A DNA stretch of 63,950 nucleotides, filler included, from Octopus bimaculoides (Eukaryota): NCBI RefSeq assembly GCF_001194135.2. It is 9 parts of 9 records of this genome, joined end to end, with 100 filler letters (N's around TTAATTAATTAA, not from the genome) between each part and the next. Parts side by side here need not be neighbours in the genome. Positions count along the whole stretch, not along the records: positions 1 to 2,604 come from NC_068997.1; positions 2,705 to 19,283 come from NC_068999.1; 7 more parts are not named here. One strand, 5' to 3'. Below, in pieces: positions 1 through 12,114 of this stretch. Each line of letters opens with the position of its first letter. Positions within the stretch are counted from its first letter, which is position 1. A program made the translations under genes and the position numbers. Under the pieces are notes generated by a model. It was given only the letters and a program-made list of their open reading frames with translations, was not told the origin of the DNA and searched no databases.

Positions 1-410
1 AACGTCAACCACCAACATCAAATCATCATCAATAACAGTACCGCAACAATTACCATCGCCTCTACTAAGAAAACTCCTCAGCCACCATCACCACCACTAC
101 CACCACCACTACTATCGCTACGACAACCACCACCACCATCGCCACCTTAATCACCACTACCACGACCACCAGCACCTCCACCACCTTCAACATCACCGCC
201 GCCGCCACCACTCACTGTTCTTGGTCGATATCTTTCTCATTGTTCCTTTTTTATTCCCTCCTTCGCTAAAGAGTTCTAATTATTCGCTTTGTTTTTTCAC
301 GAAATCGATATTTGATCCCTCCACCTGTTTCTCTCCACTTACTCCGTCTCTCTTTCTTTCTTTCTCTCTCTCTCCCTGTCTTCTATCTCCAATATCTTTC
401 CGCTTCTCCA

Positions 411-464
<54 letters not shown>

Positions 465-983
465 TTCTCTATTTCTCTTCCCTGTCGATCTCTCTCTCAC
501 AATCTCCTCCTATCATTCACATCCTAATATTCATCCTATCTCTTTCACACAAATCTGTCTTGCACTCACACATTACACTCACACATTACATACACGCATT
601 CATACACATTCACACACACACACACGAATGGCCATTTCACTACTTTAAAAGTTCTCACTGCATAACTTGCAGAAAATAATGCCTTGAAATAGGGTTGCGG
701 GGACACAGTCACGGCTCCATAAAAATATCCTGCATTTCTGCGAGACAGGACGATTATAAATTTGATATCTCGACCAACCCATCGATACACAAATGAAATA
801 AAATTTGAAAAAAATAGACAATAAAACAAAAAAAAGTATGCAACACCCATAACTTTCGGAAACATTGTCTTCACGCTTTTTGTCTCCTCTTTTAAACTTT
901 TCCAGCGGCTCGTCATTATTATTTTGGTAAAAACTTTATTTTATGAAAAAATTTTAGTCACCAATTTCAAAATTTATGTTTAG

Positions 984-1016
<33 letters not shown>

Positions 1017-1169
1017 AAGAGCAACCTCATGCACACACAGTAGGCTTCCACACCGTTTCCGTCTACCAAATTTTACCCACAAGGCATTGGTCGGCCTCCC
1101 ATGCATAGATACGAGTTAAAATGAAATCTTGAGCGTTCTTAACTTCATTACATAGTTTACATTAGATTT

Positions 1170-1335
1170 TATGGGTACAGGACGTCACCGACTGTGTGAA
1201 CAACATGAAGTACGAAGACAAGCGAGTTAAATACGCAAACAACGAGAGAAAAACATGGAAAACAGGACAAGTAACGCAGAGAACGACCCTTCATCAGTTG
1301 TCGGCTGTCTATCTTCTCATTTCGAGCACTCAATG
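1170..1335. mobile_element. Fragment of the unclassified repeat at 11087-11760
   Basis: TATGGGTACAGGACGTCACC...TTTCGAGCA aligns with 11547-11705. Confidence 0.75.
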
Positions 1336-1430
1336 ATAATATATATATATATATATATTTATGTAGATATATGTATATATATATATATACATATATGTAT
1401 ATATATATACATATATATACATACATACAT

Positions 1431-1471
<41 letters not shown>

Positions 1472-2405
1472 CATGTGTGTGCCTGCGTAAAATACATACA
1501 CACCCGCCCGCACACACTCGCACATACAAACACACACATACATATGCTATTCATTTAGTCCTCGTATTTCTCTGTCCCTCTAATTCCTTTCTTAATACAC
1601 TCTCACTTCCTCTCTCTCTCTCTTTCTCTCTCTCCATATATTTATATATATACATATACATATCCATATATATACATGCCTCTCTATCTATCTATGTATC
1701 TTTGTCGTTGCCCCATGTGTCTCTCTTCCTGTCCCTCTATCTCCCGATCTCCCTATCTACCTCTTCAGTGTGACTATATTCATCGTAGAAAGAAAGAATA
1801 AATAGTTTTTTTTTAGCTCTGAGAGAGAAAAGGAAAGAAAAGATGTTAAGTCGAAGAAAATCTTTCCCACGATATGGCTTCTCGTTGTCGGCTGTTTCTT
1901 TCCTTCGCCCTTTCTGTCTTGTGTTTTGTCTACTTTAAACAACAATTTCCTGGGAGACTGGCTGATCTGTCAACGTTAATCCACCAACCTCAGCTATATA
2001 AAGGTCTCCCACCCTAGAAAAAAAAAAAAGAATGTTTTAGGTCACGCATTTGGGATACTTAAAGAAAATACCAGTAGTTACGACACCAAGAAGGAAGCAT
2101 AATGCTTATGTATATATATGTATATATATGTATATATATATATGGGGATGTGTGAGTGTGTGTGTGTTAAGTTGTGAGTTAGCCCCAGGGCATCTCTTTA
2201 ATCAGAGACATTCCAGCCGTGACCATCGGCCCTTCACCCACACGCGTGTACACATGTATATGTATGTGTGTGTGTATATGTATATATATGTGTGTGTGTG
2301 TGTGTACATGTATATATATAAACACATATATATATAAATATATATATATAAATGTATATATATATATATATAAACACATATATATATACATCCATATATA
2401 CACAC

Positions 2406-2440
<35 letters not shown>

Positions 2441-2860
2441 GATATGCAGGGCAGGGAATCGTCAATTAGTAATAAAATTAATAATTAACAATTTTGCCGG
2501 GTAGCTCAGTATGAAAAAACCTTTTCGGTAAAAAACATTTATAATCATAAATATATAGGGATTGACAGTATGTTGGAGAAGCAGGTTACTGTCAATCCCT
2601 ATATNNNNNNNNNNNNNNNNNNNNNNNNNNNNNNNNNNNNNNNNNNNNTTAATTAATTAANNNNNNNNNNNNNNNNNNNNNNNNNNNNNNNNNNNNNNNN
2701 NNNNGGATTATTGACCGGAAGCATGTGACCATGCCGGTGTAAAGGGAAGAGAGAGAGTGGTAGAGGGAGGAAGTAGAAGAATGGTGAGCAACGAGAGGAA
2801 AAAAGAAAGAGAGGAAATACGAGGGGGAAAAAAGAGATACGTAGTAGTAATATACATATA

Positions 2861-3020
2861 TACGACGGGCTTCTTTCAGTTTCTGTCTATCAAATCCACT
2901 CACAAGGCTTTGGTCGGCCCGAGGCAATAGTAGAAGACACGTGCCGAAGATGCCACGCAGTGGGACAGAAACCGGAACCATGTGGTTCGTAAGCAAGCTA
3001 CTTACCACACAGCCACTCCT
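2861..3020 (-). mobile_element. SINE family A (octopus OK/OR-like, tRNA-derived head), 5' half
   Basis: Reverse complement reads AGGAGTGGCTGTGTGGTAAG...GGTTCCGGTTTCTGTCCCACTGCGTGGC...GAAAGAAGCCCGTCGTA, with A/B-box-like Pol III motifs. Near-identical copies occur at 33085, 39200 and 61178. The family name comes from recollection of the literature. Confidence 0.85.
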
Positions 3021-3129
3021 TAATTTTACTAGGCTATTCTACGTTCTGAGTTTTGAATCTAGATATGTTTCATGTATCGGTTTTCCTGTATGTTTCTCTA
3101 TCATGTTTTGTTTGTTTAATATATTAGAC

Positions 3130-3410
3130 TGAGACCATGCTGGGGCACCGCTCATGAGGAATTTTTAGTCGAACAAATCAACCCCTTTACCATTTTTCCT
3201 AGTCCTGTTATTATTCTATTTTGCCGAACAGGTAAGGTAAGGGGTAATAAACAAACCAACACCGGTTGTGAAGCAGTGGTGGCAGACAATTACAGACACA
3301 AAGACACACACAAGCTATCGTAGGAGACACTTGCCCAAGCAGTCATACAGTGGAATCTGAACCCGGAACCATGTGGTTGGGAAGCAAAATTTCTAACGCA
3401 CAGCCACACC
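3130..3410 (-). mobile_element. SINE family A, degenerate copy
   Basis: Same motifs as other family A copies (ccatgctggggcaccgc; gacacttgcccaag; gaacccggaaccatgtggttgggaagc). Confidence 0.7.
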
Positions 3411-3434
3411 AGGGACTTTACTGTTTTCATGGAG

Positions 3435-3641
3435 GCAGAAACGTTATTAGCACGGCGGGCGAAATGCATAGCGGTATTTCGCCCGTCGCTACCTTCTGAG
3501 TTCAAATTTCGCCAAGGTCGACTTTGCCTTTCATCCTATCGGGGTCGATAAATTAAGCAGCAGTCAAGCACTGGAGTCGATGTAATCGACTACCCCCCTC
3601 CTCATAATAGCCAGTCCTTGTGCTTATAGTAAAAAGGATTA
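3435..3641 (+). mobile_element. SINE family B (tRNA head plus MetaSINE-like central domain), (ATT)-type tail
   Basis: GGCAGAAAC..TTAGCACG..GGCGAAATGC head, central GGTCGACTTTGCCTTTCATCCT.TCGGGGTCGATAAATTAAG, tail ccttgtgcttatagtaaaaaggattat. More than 10 copies in the window. Confidence 0.8.
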
Positions 3642-4197
3642 TCGTTTTTATAGCTCTACTTCCTTACTTTGTCACCTCAGTTCAGCATTTAGTCGTTACC
3701 CGACCGGCAACTTTCAGACCTGCGCAAATATATACGTTACGTTGTTGCTTATTCTTCCGTCCTTCTCTTTCATTTTTCTTCTTTTCCAATCTTCTTTACC
3801 CCATCCTCCTTCACTAAATACTTCATTTTTATTTCATCTTCTTTCTCTTTCTATCATAATCATTTTCTTTTAAACCAAACCTCTGCCCTTTTTTCTAGAT
3901 AAGAAGTAATCATTGATAAATACTATACAATTTATGTCCTTGAACTTCAACCGAATTTCATATAAGGTGGCGTACGCTTTGTAATCATAAACACAAGATT
4001 TTTATGAAACTCTAAAAGATGTAACATGTTGCTTAGTTTCTATGGGTGTTTTATAAGTTGACACAATCTTTCTTCTTTAACACTTGTTTCTAAATTGTGA
4101 GTTTCTTTGATCATTTGATTTTCTTCTTGTCTTTCTTATTTCTTTCTTTATTTCTTTTATTATTTCTTTCTCTCCTTTATTCCCCCCCCCTTCTCTC

Positions 4198-4264
<67 letters not shown>

Positions 4265-4525
4265 GCAATGTGTCCGCATGTATGTATGTATTATCTCTCT
4301 CTCTATCTATCTATCTAGCTATCTAAGCATATATAAACGTGTATATATTTCTCGATACACATACACGCACACATATATTTGTGTGTGTGTGTGTGAGCCC
4401 CACCACAAGTTTACGATTGGTGTTCGTTTGTTTACGTCTCTGTATTATAACTGATCGGCCAATGATGTCGATAGAATAAGGATCAGGATTAAAGAAAAAT
4501 AAGAACAAAGAAAACGAAAAAGATA

Positions 4526-5353
4526 TACGTAGTAGTATCAAAAGATTCCTGAATTAATGAAAAGAAATAATATCTTTACCTACCTAAGTTTTAATATCAT
4601 CTCCTTCGAAATAGTCGCCTTGCGCAGCACTACACTGGTCCCAGCGTCCTGCCACATTTGGAATCCGTCCTGGATGATGTTTTCGGTGATCAAGTCGAGG
4701 AACTTCTGCAATTCGCTCTGGATCTTGACAACGCTGTTAAAACAGCAAGAATCGAACTGCATTTGGTGCTGAAGAGATGGAAGTCCGCAGGGGCTAAATC
4801 TGGCAAATGGAAGCGAGGCCATGTTGTTATGAGCAAGAAACTCACGAGAGAGGAGAGCTCACTGACAAGGTGTAGTGTCGTTGTGAAGAATCCAATTCTT
4901 CGCGCTCCACTGATCTGGTCGCTTTCGCCGAATGTCCTCTCTCAGTCGCTTCAAATCGTTGCAGTAAAAATTTCAATTGACGGTCTGGCCCTAGAGATCG
5001 AACTCTCGATGTAAAGTACAGCATTTCTGGGGATGACACTCGTTGCAGGTCTTCCAGATCGCTGGTTGTCTTCCGGGGATGTTCTTCCGCTTTTGAAGCG
5101 CCCATGTACTCAAAACACTGCGTAGGACCCATTGTCACCTCACCGTAAACTTGCCGAAGCATGCTCAATGTCTCTATAGCAGGGTCCCCAAGTTTAACAA
5201 AAAAAATCAGTTTGGATCTTTCCTCCAGTCCATGAGAAAATCGCAGACTTGAATGTCACTGCTACCTCCCATTGTGCACGCAGCCGTGTGCTGCCATCTG
5301 TTAAACTTGTATATAACTAGTCCGGGAACTTTTTCACATATATACACCTCGTA
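4526..5353 (-). mobile_element. Degenerate, internally deleted mariner (Tc1/mariner) transposon
   Basis: Minus-strand frames give MLRQVYGEVTMGPTQCFE (N-terminal HTH), DLAPADFHLF (C-terminal catalytic motif) and FNSVVKIQSELQKFLD...FQMWQ. Degenerate TIRs: TACGTAGTAGTATCAAAAGATTCCTGAATT at 4526 and TACGAGGTG..TGTGAAAAAGTTCCCGGACT (reverse) ending at 5353. Confidence 0.8.
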
Positions 5354-5434
5354 CATTCGCACATATTCACAAAAACACACAGAAGGTGGGAGAGAGATGG
5401 TTCTTTCTTCTTTCTGTCATTTATGTCAAGGAGA

Positions 5435-5599
5435 CAGGGCAGGCTCAAGGTACCGGCAACTCGAGCTGTCGCCCGGGGCGCCATGTTCTAGGGGGCGCCA
5501 AGGAGGACGTAACAAAGACAAGGAAATTTCCAAGAACGTCGGCTTGTACACACCGAATTTCAGTTTGCCGGGGTGCCAGTAACCCTAGGGCTGGCCCGG
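5435..5599. mobile_element. Short GC-rich MITE with hAT-like CAGGGCCGGC-type termini
   Basis: Begins CAGGGCAGGC and ends GCTGGCCCGG (imperfect inverted termini). GC-rich island in AT-rich flanks; no clear 8-bp TSD. Confidence 0.5.
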
Positions 5600-7339
5600 C
5601 ATGTGGGCCACGGTCATGCAGGAGTAACTGCTTCAAAAAATTTAATCAAACAATTCTACCTCATTATATATTTTATTTTAAAATCTGATACTTATCCTAT
5701 CGCCATGATTTGCCAAACCGCTAGGTCACATAAAGAAAGCATCCCATTGTCAAATGTAGGCGGAGAACAAATGTAAACACAATTAACAGTCGACAACTGA
5801 GGAGGGGTTACAGTTCTTGTCGTATTTTGGCCCGTACGTGGTTACGTATTTTTTCACTCGTTGGTCATGTCCTATACTTGATGCATTTTATATGTACTTA
5901 TATATGTATGTATATACTCCATTAGGGCGTATTTACGAAACATAACGTAGGGCCTAAATTTGGCAGGGTTGAACGTAGACAATTATAGCGAGAAACCATA
6001 ACAGGAATAATAGCACTCATACTGAAAATAGCGTTGTTTTTGTTATTGTTATTGTTGTTGATGGTGGTGGTGGTTAGTTGTAAGTTAATGGAGGTGAAAC
6101 ATATGTAAACGAAACCCAAATCATGAAAGTTCTTTTTTCGAGATATATACGCCAAACATTATTTTCAAAGTGTGCTCTTTGCGATTTAAATTATACTCGA
6201 CTAATAATTCTAGCAAATCATAAGAGCTCAGAGAAACTTCTACATCATTTTCTTTCTTTTTTTTTTAATGCAAATTATATATAACAGGGAAGTATATATC
6301 TCGCTATTATATAACGTCTGTGACAAGAAGTGAAAATGGAGGGGTTCGAATATTTTAACTCTACGAAAAGCACAGTTTTTTTTAATGAATCTCTGCTGTT
6401 GAAACATTATGACAGTGAAAACATGAAGTTAGAAGATTTTTTTTTTTTTAAATAATAAAGAACGACGAATTTTGATCATCTTCAGGAGAAAAAATTAGCA
6501 ATTCGTCGTTTTTAGCCAATTAAGATATTAATGTGAACATAAAGCTGATAAAGTAAAGCAGGAACACCGTTTAATTCCTCGGAATGCACAAAAGTGTTTG
6601 CACATGAATAGCTGCTCCAATGACAAGTTAAGGAGTTTAACCGTTGTAAGCTGTCACAAAGGGAGATTAACGCTAAAAGCGTTTATACAGAATTTATTAG
6701 TTTGAAAAGCATTATATGCCGTTCGGTGTTTTCGCTGTTAGAAATAGTAATTTTCAGATGGAACTAAAGTTCTTATTTATATTAATCTGTTAAAATATTT
6801 GTATGCAATACCAAGGGTTATTTTATTATATTACTCTTTTAGCGGTTGGGCTGTAGCCACGCTAGAGCGGTGTTTTATGTGTTCTATAGATCTTAGAGAT
6901 CACAATATTTACTTCAGTTTGGGATTTATTTTCTAGAGTTATGGTTTGTTAATAAGTTAAGATACCATTTTAACAAAACAAAAGCGGTTTTGTTTTTTTC
7001 TTTTGTAGCTAAAAGTGTTCGTAGGAACCTTAAAATACATGAACCACAATAGCAATGAAATCACAGACACACTGTCACACATACATGCATGCACACATTC
7101 ACAAATAGACGTACTTTCTTATTTATATCAGTTAGTTAAGATTCCATTGTTCATCAGAAAGGGCATATATAGTATTTTATTTTTTCATTTTCGCTCTTAC
7201 ATACAAACACCTGCACACACACACACATACATACATACGTACTTACATACATAAATACGCGTGTACGTACGTAAGTACACACGTACATACGTACGTACAT
7301 ACATACATACATACATACATTATACATTCAAATTTTGAA

Positions 7340-7680
7340 TGTCCATTCTAGCTGATGTTTCTTTCGCCACCATGGAGCTTTAATCTCGCAGTTCTCCATA
7401 TATGACCATTTTCAGCGGTAATTGGTCTACATTTTTCGACCGCGGCAAAAACCACCACAGCTGGTGACGTAACAGCTCTGCGTCTATGCTGGTCACTCTC
7501 GTCCAATCAAGAATGTTGTTATTCGTAACATTTTCTTGCCAACGATGGCTCAAAATGGTTCGTAAATTTGTCTGATGGAAACGTTCCAACATCTTTATGT
7601 GTTTTCGATAAAGTGTCTAATTTTCCTCGAAGCACAATACAGCTGTGAAAACAAGCGCTTGTAAAACATGAACAGAGATT
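7340..7680 (-). pseudogene. RTE-clade LINE fragment (post-RT region)
   Basis: Translation VLQALVFTAVLCFEEN*TLYRKHIKMLERFHQTNLRTILSHRWQENVTNNNIL...LLRHQLWW...LPLKMVIYGEL..HGG matches the RTE motif LERFHQxCLRxILxIxWQDxVTN...QLRWxGHVxRM...LPKxxLYGEL. Contains stops and frameshifts. Confidence 0.85.
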
Positions 7681-7998
7681 TCCAGAGGTATTATGCTATA
7701 ATACAATATATTGATGATTTGCACAGTAAAAGTTTCATTCAGAGAACGGGTACGATCGATGGAATCCATCTTAATCGTATATGACAGCATTCTGTCAGAT
7801 TATAAAAAAGTACTTATCATAAAAAAATATCATTAGCTATTTGCTTATAGTGAAGTTAATTTCACATCTATCTAAGGCTCTAGAAACTGAATAAAAAACT
7901 AAGATAAAACTGGATTTCCGTCAGTTTCGATGATAAGTAATCAGCTGTTTAATCGATTTAACAACTTGCTCGTTGTAATTAGCGTGTCAGTGGTAAAA

Positions 7999-8344
7999 TA
8001 TTCTGCAGACACTGTAATTAATACTCAAATAACACAGTGAGAAACTAAAGCAACACTTCAACCGAATGTGTTTCTACGAAGTTTCCGCCAATTCAGTTTC
8101 ATTTATATGGTTTTAATCGACATGAGACAGTGATAAAAGTCACCCAAGATACCACTCGGTGGAATCGAACAATGTAGTTCGTTACTCCCATTACAACTAC
8201 TTAACAATTCAGTTACTTATTGAATTGTTTCAACTACCTCAACTTCAGACCCAGAAGAGAACGTGAATGAAGTTATTGGCTTGAAGAATAATTTTAACAA
8301 ATAAATCACAAGCTAATCTCACCCAACACTTTTGCATAAAGTAA
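7999..8344 (+). repeat. 346-bp direct duplication, copy 1
   Basis: Colinear with 11769-12114 (offset 3770); about 9 substitutions counted by eye. Confidence 0.95.
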
Positions 8345-8629
8345 TTAGCTTTCCATTTCTATGAGTGCAATTTCTTAATGGATGGATTATATATTCAATT
8401 CAAGGTGCAGCCTTAGCTAACACTGTATCAGGCTGATTCAGCATGAGGATTACGTTAAGCGTACACGTGTCAGCGGAATTACTCAGTCCATTCGACCCTA
8501 ATGTAGTGTGTACATCGGGCATTTTCATCAAACAAAGAAATATACTCAACTGCAAAACCGATGGTGATCCATTTTCATAACTATATCATTTTTATAACTG
8601 TACTCGTTTACGTACGTTCGAAACTATGT

Positions 8630-8760
8630 ATGTGTGTGTGAGAGAGATTGAGAGAGGGGGAGATAGAGAGGGAGAGAGATAGAGAGGGAGAGAGAAAGTG
8701 AGTCTGTATGAGAGAGAGAGAGGGAGAGAGACAGTATGTGTGTCTGAGATGTAGAGAGTC

Positions 8761-8792
<32 letters not shown>

Positions 8793-8881
8793 TGTGTGTG
8801 TGTGTCTCTGTGTGTATGTGTGAGAGAGAGAGACAGAGAGTTTTTGTGTGTGTATGAGTGTGAGAGAGAAATAGTCTAAAC

Positions 8882-8921
<40 letters not shown>

Positions 8922-8954
8922 GGGGGTATATGTGTCTGAGAGGTAGAGAGTCTC

Positions 8955-8996
<42 letters not shown>

Positions 8997-9235
8997 TATG
9001 TGTGTGTATGTGTGAGAAAGAGAGATAGAGAGGGAGATAGAGACAGAGACTGTATGTATGTATGTGTAAGAGAGAGAGAGAGAGAGTCTGTTCTGTGTGT
9101 GTGTGTGTGAGACAGAGAGTCTGTGTGCGTGAGTCAGATAGGGAGAGTGTCTGTGTGTATGCGCGTGTGAGAGAAATAGTCTGTGAGTGTATGTGTGTGT
9201 ATGCGTGTGTGTATGAGAAAGACAATTTGCGTGTG
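8630..9235. repeat. Compound (GA)n/(GT)n microsatellite tract
   Basis: Direct reading of the sequence. Confidence 0.95.
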
Positions 9236-9479
9236 TTTGTTTCACTGTATATATTATTTGTTTATCGTTTGCTTGTTTCAGTAATTAGGTAGCGGCCATG
9301 CTGTAGCATCACCTTAAAGAATTTTAGCCTAATGTATTGACCAGTGTATTTAATTTTTTTAAGCCTTGTACTGTGAAGGCTCGGTTGGTAGGTGGTAGTA
9401 GATCGGAAGAAATATTTAATAACAGGGATGCTGGTTCTGGATTTCGATTGTTTACGCAGCAGTAGCTGAGGAAGGAGAC

Positions 9480-9835
9480 GGAGAAGAAGAAGAAGAAGAA
9501 GAAGNNNNNNNNNNNNNNNNNNNNNNNNNNNNNNNNNNNNNNNNNNNNNNNNNNNNNNNNNNNNNNNNNNNNNNNNNNNNNNNNNNNNNNNNNNNNNNNN
9601 NNNNNNNNNNNNNNNNNTTGTTTACGCAGCAGTAGCTGAGGAAGGAGACGGAGAAGAAGAAGAAGAAGAAGAAGAAGAAGAAGGAGGAGGAGGAGGAGGA
9701 GGAGGATAATAATAATAAGGAGGAGGAGGAGGAGGATAAGGAGGAGGAGGAAGGGGAGGAGGAAGGGGAGGAGGATAATAATAATAAGGAGGAGGAGGAG
9801 GAGGAGGAGGAGGAGGAAAAGAAGAGAAAGAATAA
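9480..9835. repeat. (GAA)n/(GGA)n/(TAA)n compound trinucleotide microsatellite spanning a gap
   Basis: Direct reading of the sequence. Confidence 0.95.
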
Positions 9836-10039
9836 GAAAAAGACGGGTGTAGTATGACTGTAGTAGGCTGTTTGTAGAGTATTATTAAATGGTCAAGTGA
9901 CCTAAAAGTAACTTGTGGTTATAGCTGTAGTGATTGGGATTGTTCGGAATAAATTCATGGGTAGTGACTGTTCTGAATATACCATTTTTGATATGTGCGT
10001 GAGTATTAGACTAAGGCCCTTGTAGTAGTATCATTTGTG

Positions 10040-10700
10040 GTGGAAGCATTCAAAAGGGTTTATTTTTTGTGATAACATATGACTCTTTCCTAATGCGCTG
10101 ATTATAGGTTGCATCGGCCCTGAATTTATAGAGGGAAAATTCTGAAGTTGGGTTGTTCGTTAGTGGTGCAAATGTCGATGTATTCGCTACATGCTATTTT
10201 TCTGTATTATCGAATTTTAATTTGAGATCTATCTATGCAAGGTCATTCTTTAGCGTAGACTGTTTTTGGTTTGGCCTATGTATTGCTCTCGACACCATGA
10301 GAAAGTTAATACATATATTAGGTTCTTCGAAGTACATGTGAAGTAGAACATCGAACACTCAATTAGGTTGACGCATATACCACAGTTAGGTCTCCCGAGT
10401 TTACTGGGGCTTGTGTTAAAAGACTTGGGTTGTCTTTGGCTCTTTATGACGGTGTGCGTTTAGAGAATAAGTTTCATTTTGTGGTCTTCTTTTTAGTAGA
10501 AGAATGTTCCGGAGAATGGTGTCGAAAGCTTTATTGTTAAGGGGGTTTGTGTGGAGATGTATGGTATAGCCTTTGGTTGCAAGTCCTTCTTTAGATTGGG
10601 AGGTCTGAGCTCGTGGCTGTTGAGTTGTAGAGTCTATATCAATTAATGATGGCGGGTAGTTCCTACTGATGAGTGTATCCATTAGTTCATGTCGTGTGTC
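10040..10700 (-). pseudogene. Penelope-like element fragment (Neptune-type): RT C-terminal linker, zinc knuckle and GIY-YIG endonuclease
   Basis: Minus strand gives LISRNYPPSLID...HTNPLNNKAFDTILRNILLL, then RPNCGICVNLIE...FTCTSKNLIYVLTFSWCREQYIGQTKNSLR*RMTLHR...CSEYIDIC...FRIFPL. This is the IY...YIG signature preceded by CxxC. Several stops. Confidence 0.85.
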
Positions 10701-11086
10701 CCTGGTGCTTGTAGTTTCGGATTTAACTTAGAAATTGAATAAATAGAATTTTAGAAAATTAGTTTCAATTTAATTTTGTCAAGTACGAACTTCTTGAGCA
10801 CTATCCCTCCACGTTTACGAAAAAATATAAATAATTAAAAAATATTACCTTATTTGTCCACAGCCATTCGAATTGCAACGTATAATATTACAATAGTACA
10901 TTATTATCTCGTAATAATTCTAAAAAAATATTCTGTTCGTCTCGCCCGTTGACAGCTATTTTCGTATCATGGTGAATTATAGATGTTTCACTAAAGCATC
11001 TATTTTTTTAACATGCAAGGAAATAGACGTTTCTATCTCCATCTGTTTTATATATANNNNNNNNNNATACAAAATTGGACAAGAAC

Positions 11087-11760
11087 GCAAAAAATCCAGA
11101 CAGCTAGGTGATACAAAAAGGGGAAAACAGATCATCCAGATAGACGATACAACGAAAACAAGGACGGGTTAATCAGAGTTTTCTTTCCTCAGTCGAGTTC
11201 CAGCTTATCTTTGTAATTTAGGCCTATTATACTGCAGATTGCCCCAATCTGACCAGCCCCAAGGAAAAAACTAAGCTAAGAGCATCCGATTCCTTGGGAG
11301 AAAGCAGCGAATGTATACGAAAACAAGGACGGAAAAAAGCGGAGAATGTTACACAAATACAAATAACAGGACATAACAACAAGTGTCTTTCGACTAAGGA
11401 CGAATTAAATTAACCTAGCGTGTGTGGAAATAAGCCCTCACGGCAAGGATAAAGATTTCACGGGCACAGGGTGGAATATAGGTGTTGCCGAGATGACGGC
11501 CGACCAAGAAAGAAAGATCAGGCTTGGCCGAAAATATATATGCATATATGGGTACAGGACGTCACCAACTGTGTAAATAACATGAAGTATGAAAACAAAC
11601 GAGTTAAATATGCGAACAACAAGAGGAAATGGACGACAGGACACGTAAACACAGAGAATGACCCTTCATCATTTGTCAGCTGTCTATCTACTCCTTTCGA
11701 GCATTCAAGGACAATATGAGTGCCTAAAGACAGTTACTCCCATAAATTCCAAAATAAAAT
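11087..11760. mobile_element. Unclassified interspersed repeat associated with (AT)n, longest copy
   Basis: Homologous segments at 1170-1335, 15990-16160 and 53330-53674 (inverted), e.g. GAACGACCCTTCATCAGTTGTCGGCTGTCTATC and AATTCGTCCTTA(G/A)TC.AAAG. Confidence 0.7.
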
Positions 11761-11768
11761 TTTGGACT

Positions 11769-12114
11769 TATTCTGCTGACACTGTAATTAATACTCAAAT
11801 AACACAGTGAGAAACTAGAGCAACACTTCAACCGAATGTGTTTCTACGAAGTTTCCGCCAATTCAGTTTCATTTATATGGTTTTAATCGACATGAGACAG
11901 TGATAAAAGTCACCCAAGATACCACTCGGTGGAATCGAACAATAGAGTTCGTTACTTCCATTACAACTACTTAACAATTGAGTTACTTATTGAATTGTTT
12001 CAACTACCTCAACTTCAAACCCAGAAGAGAACGTGAATGGAGTTATTGGCTTGAAGAATAATTTTAACAAATAAACCACAAGCTAATCTCACCCAACACT
12101 TTTGCATAAGGTAA
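11769..12114 (+). repeat. 346-bp direct duplication, copy 2
   Basis: Colinear with 7999-8344. Confidence 0.95.

Noticed and set aside
2649-2660. TTAATTAATTAA palindrome centred in N runs (also at 19328, 27889, 32274, 41204, 56744, 59363 and 61576)
   Set aside because: It always appears as 44 N + 12 nt + 44 N = 100 bp and has stops in all six frames. It is an artificial scaffold-join spacer, not biology.
9448-9670. Identical roughly 55-bp sequence on both sides of the N gap
   Set aside because: Typical unmerged contig overlap at a microsatellite; assembly artefact.
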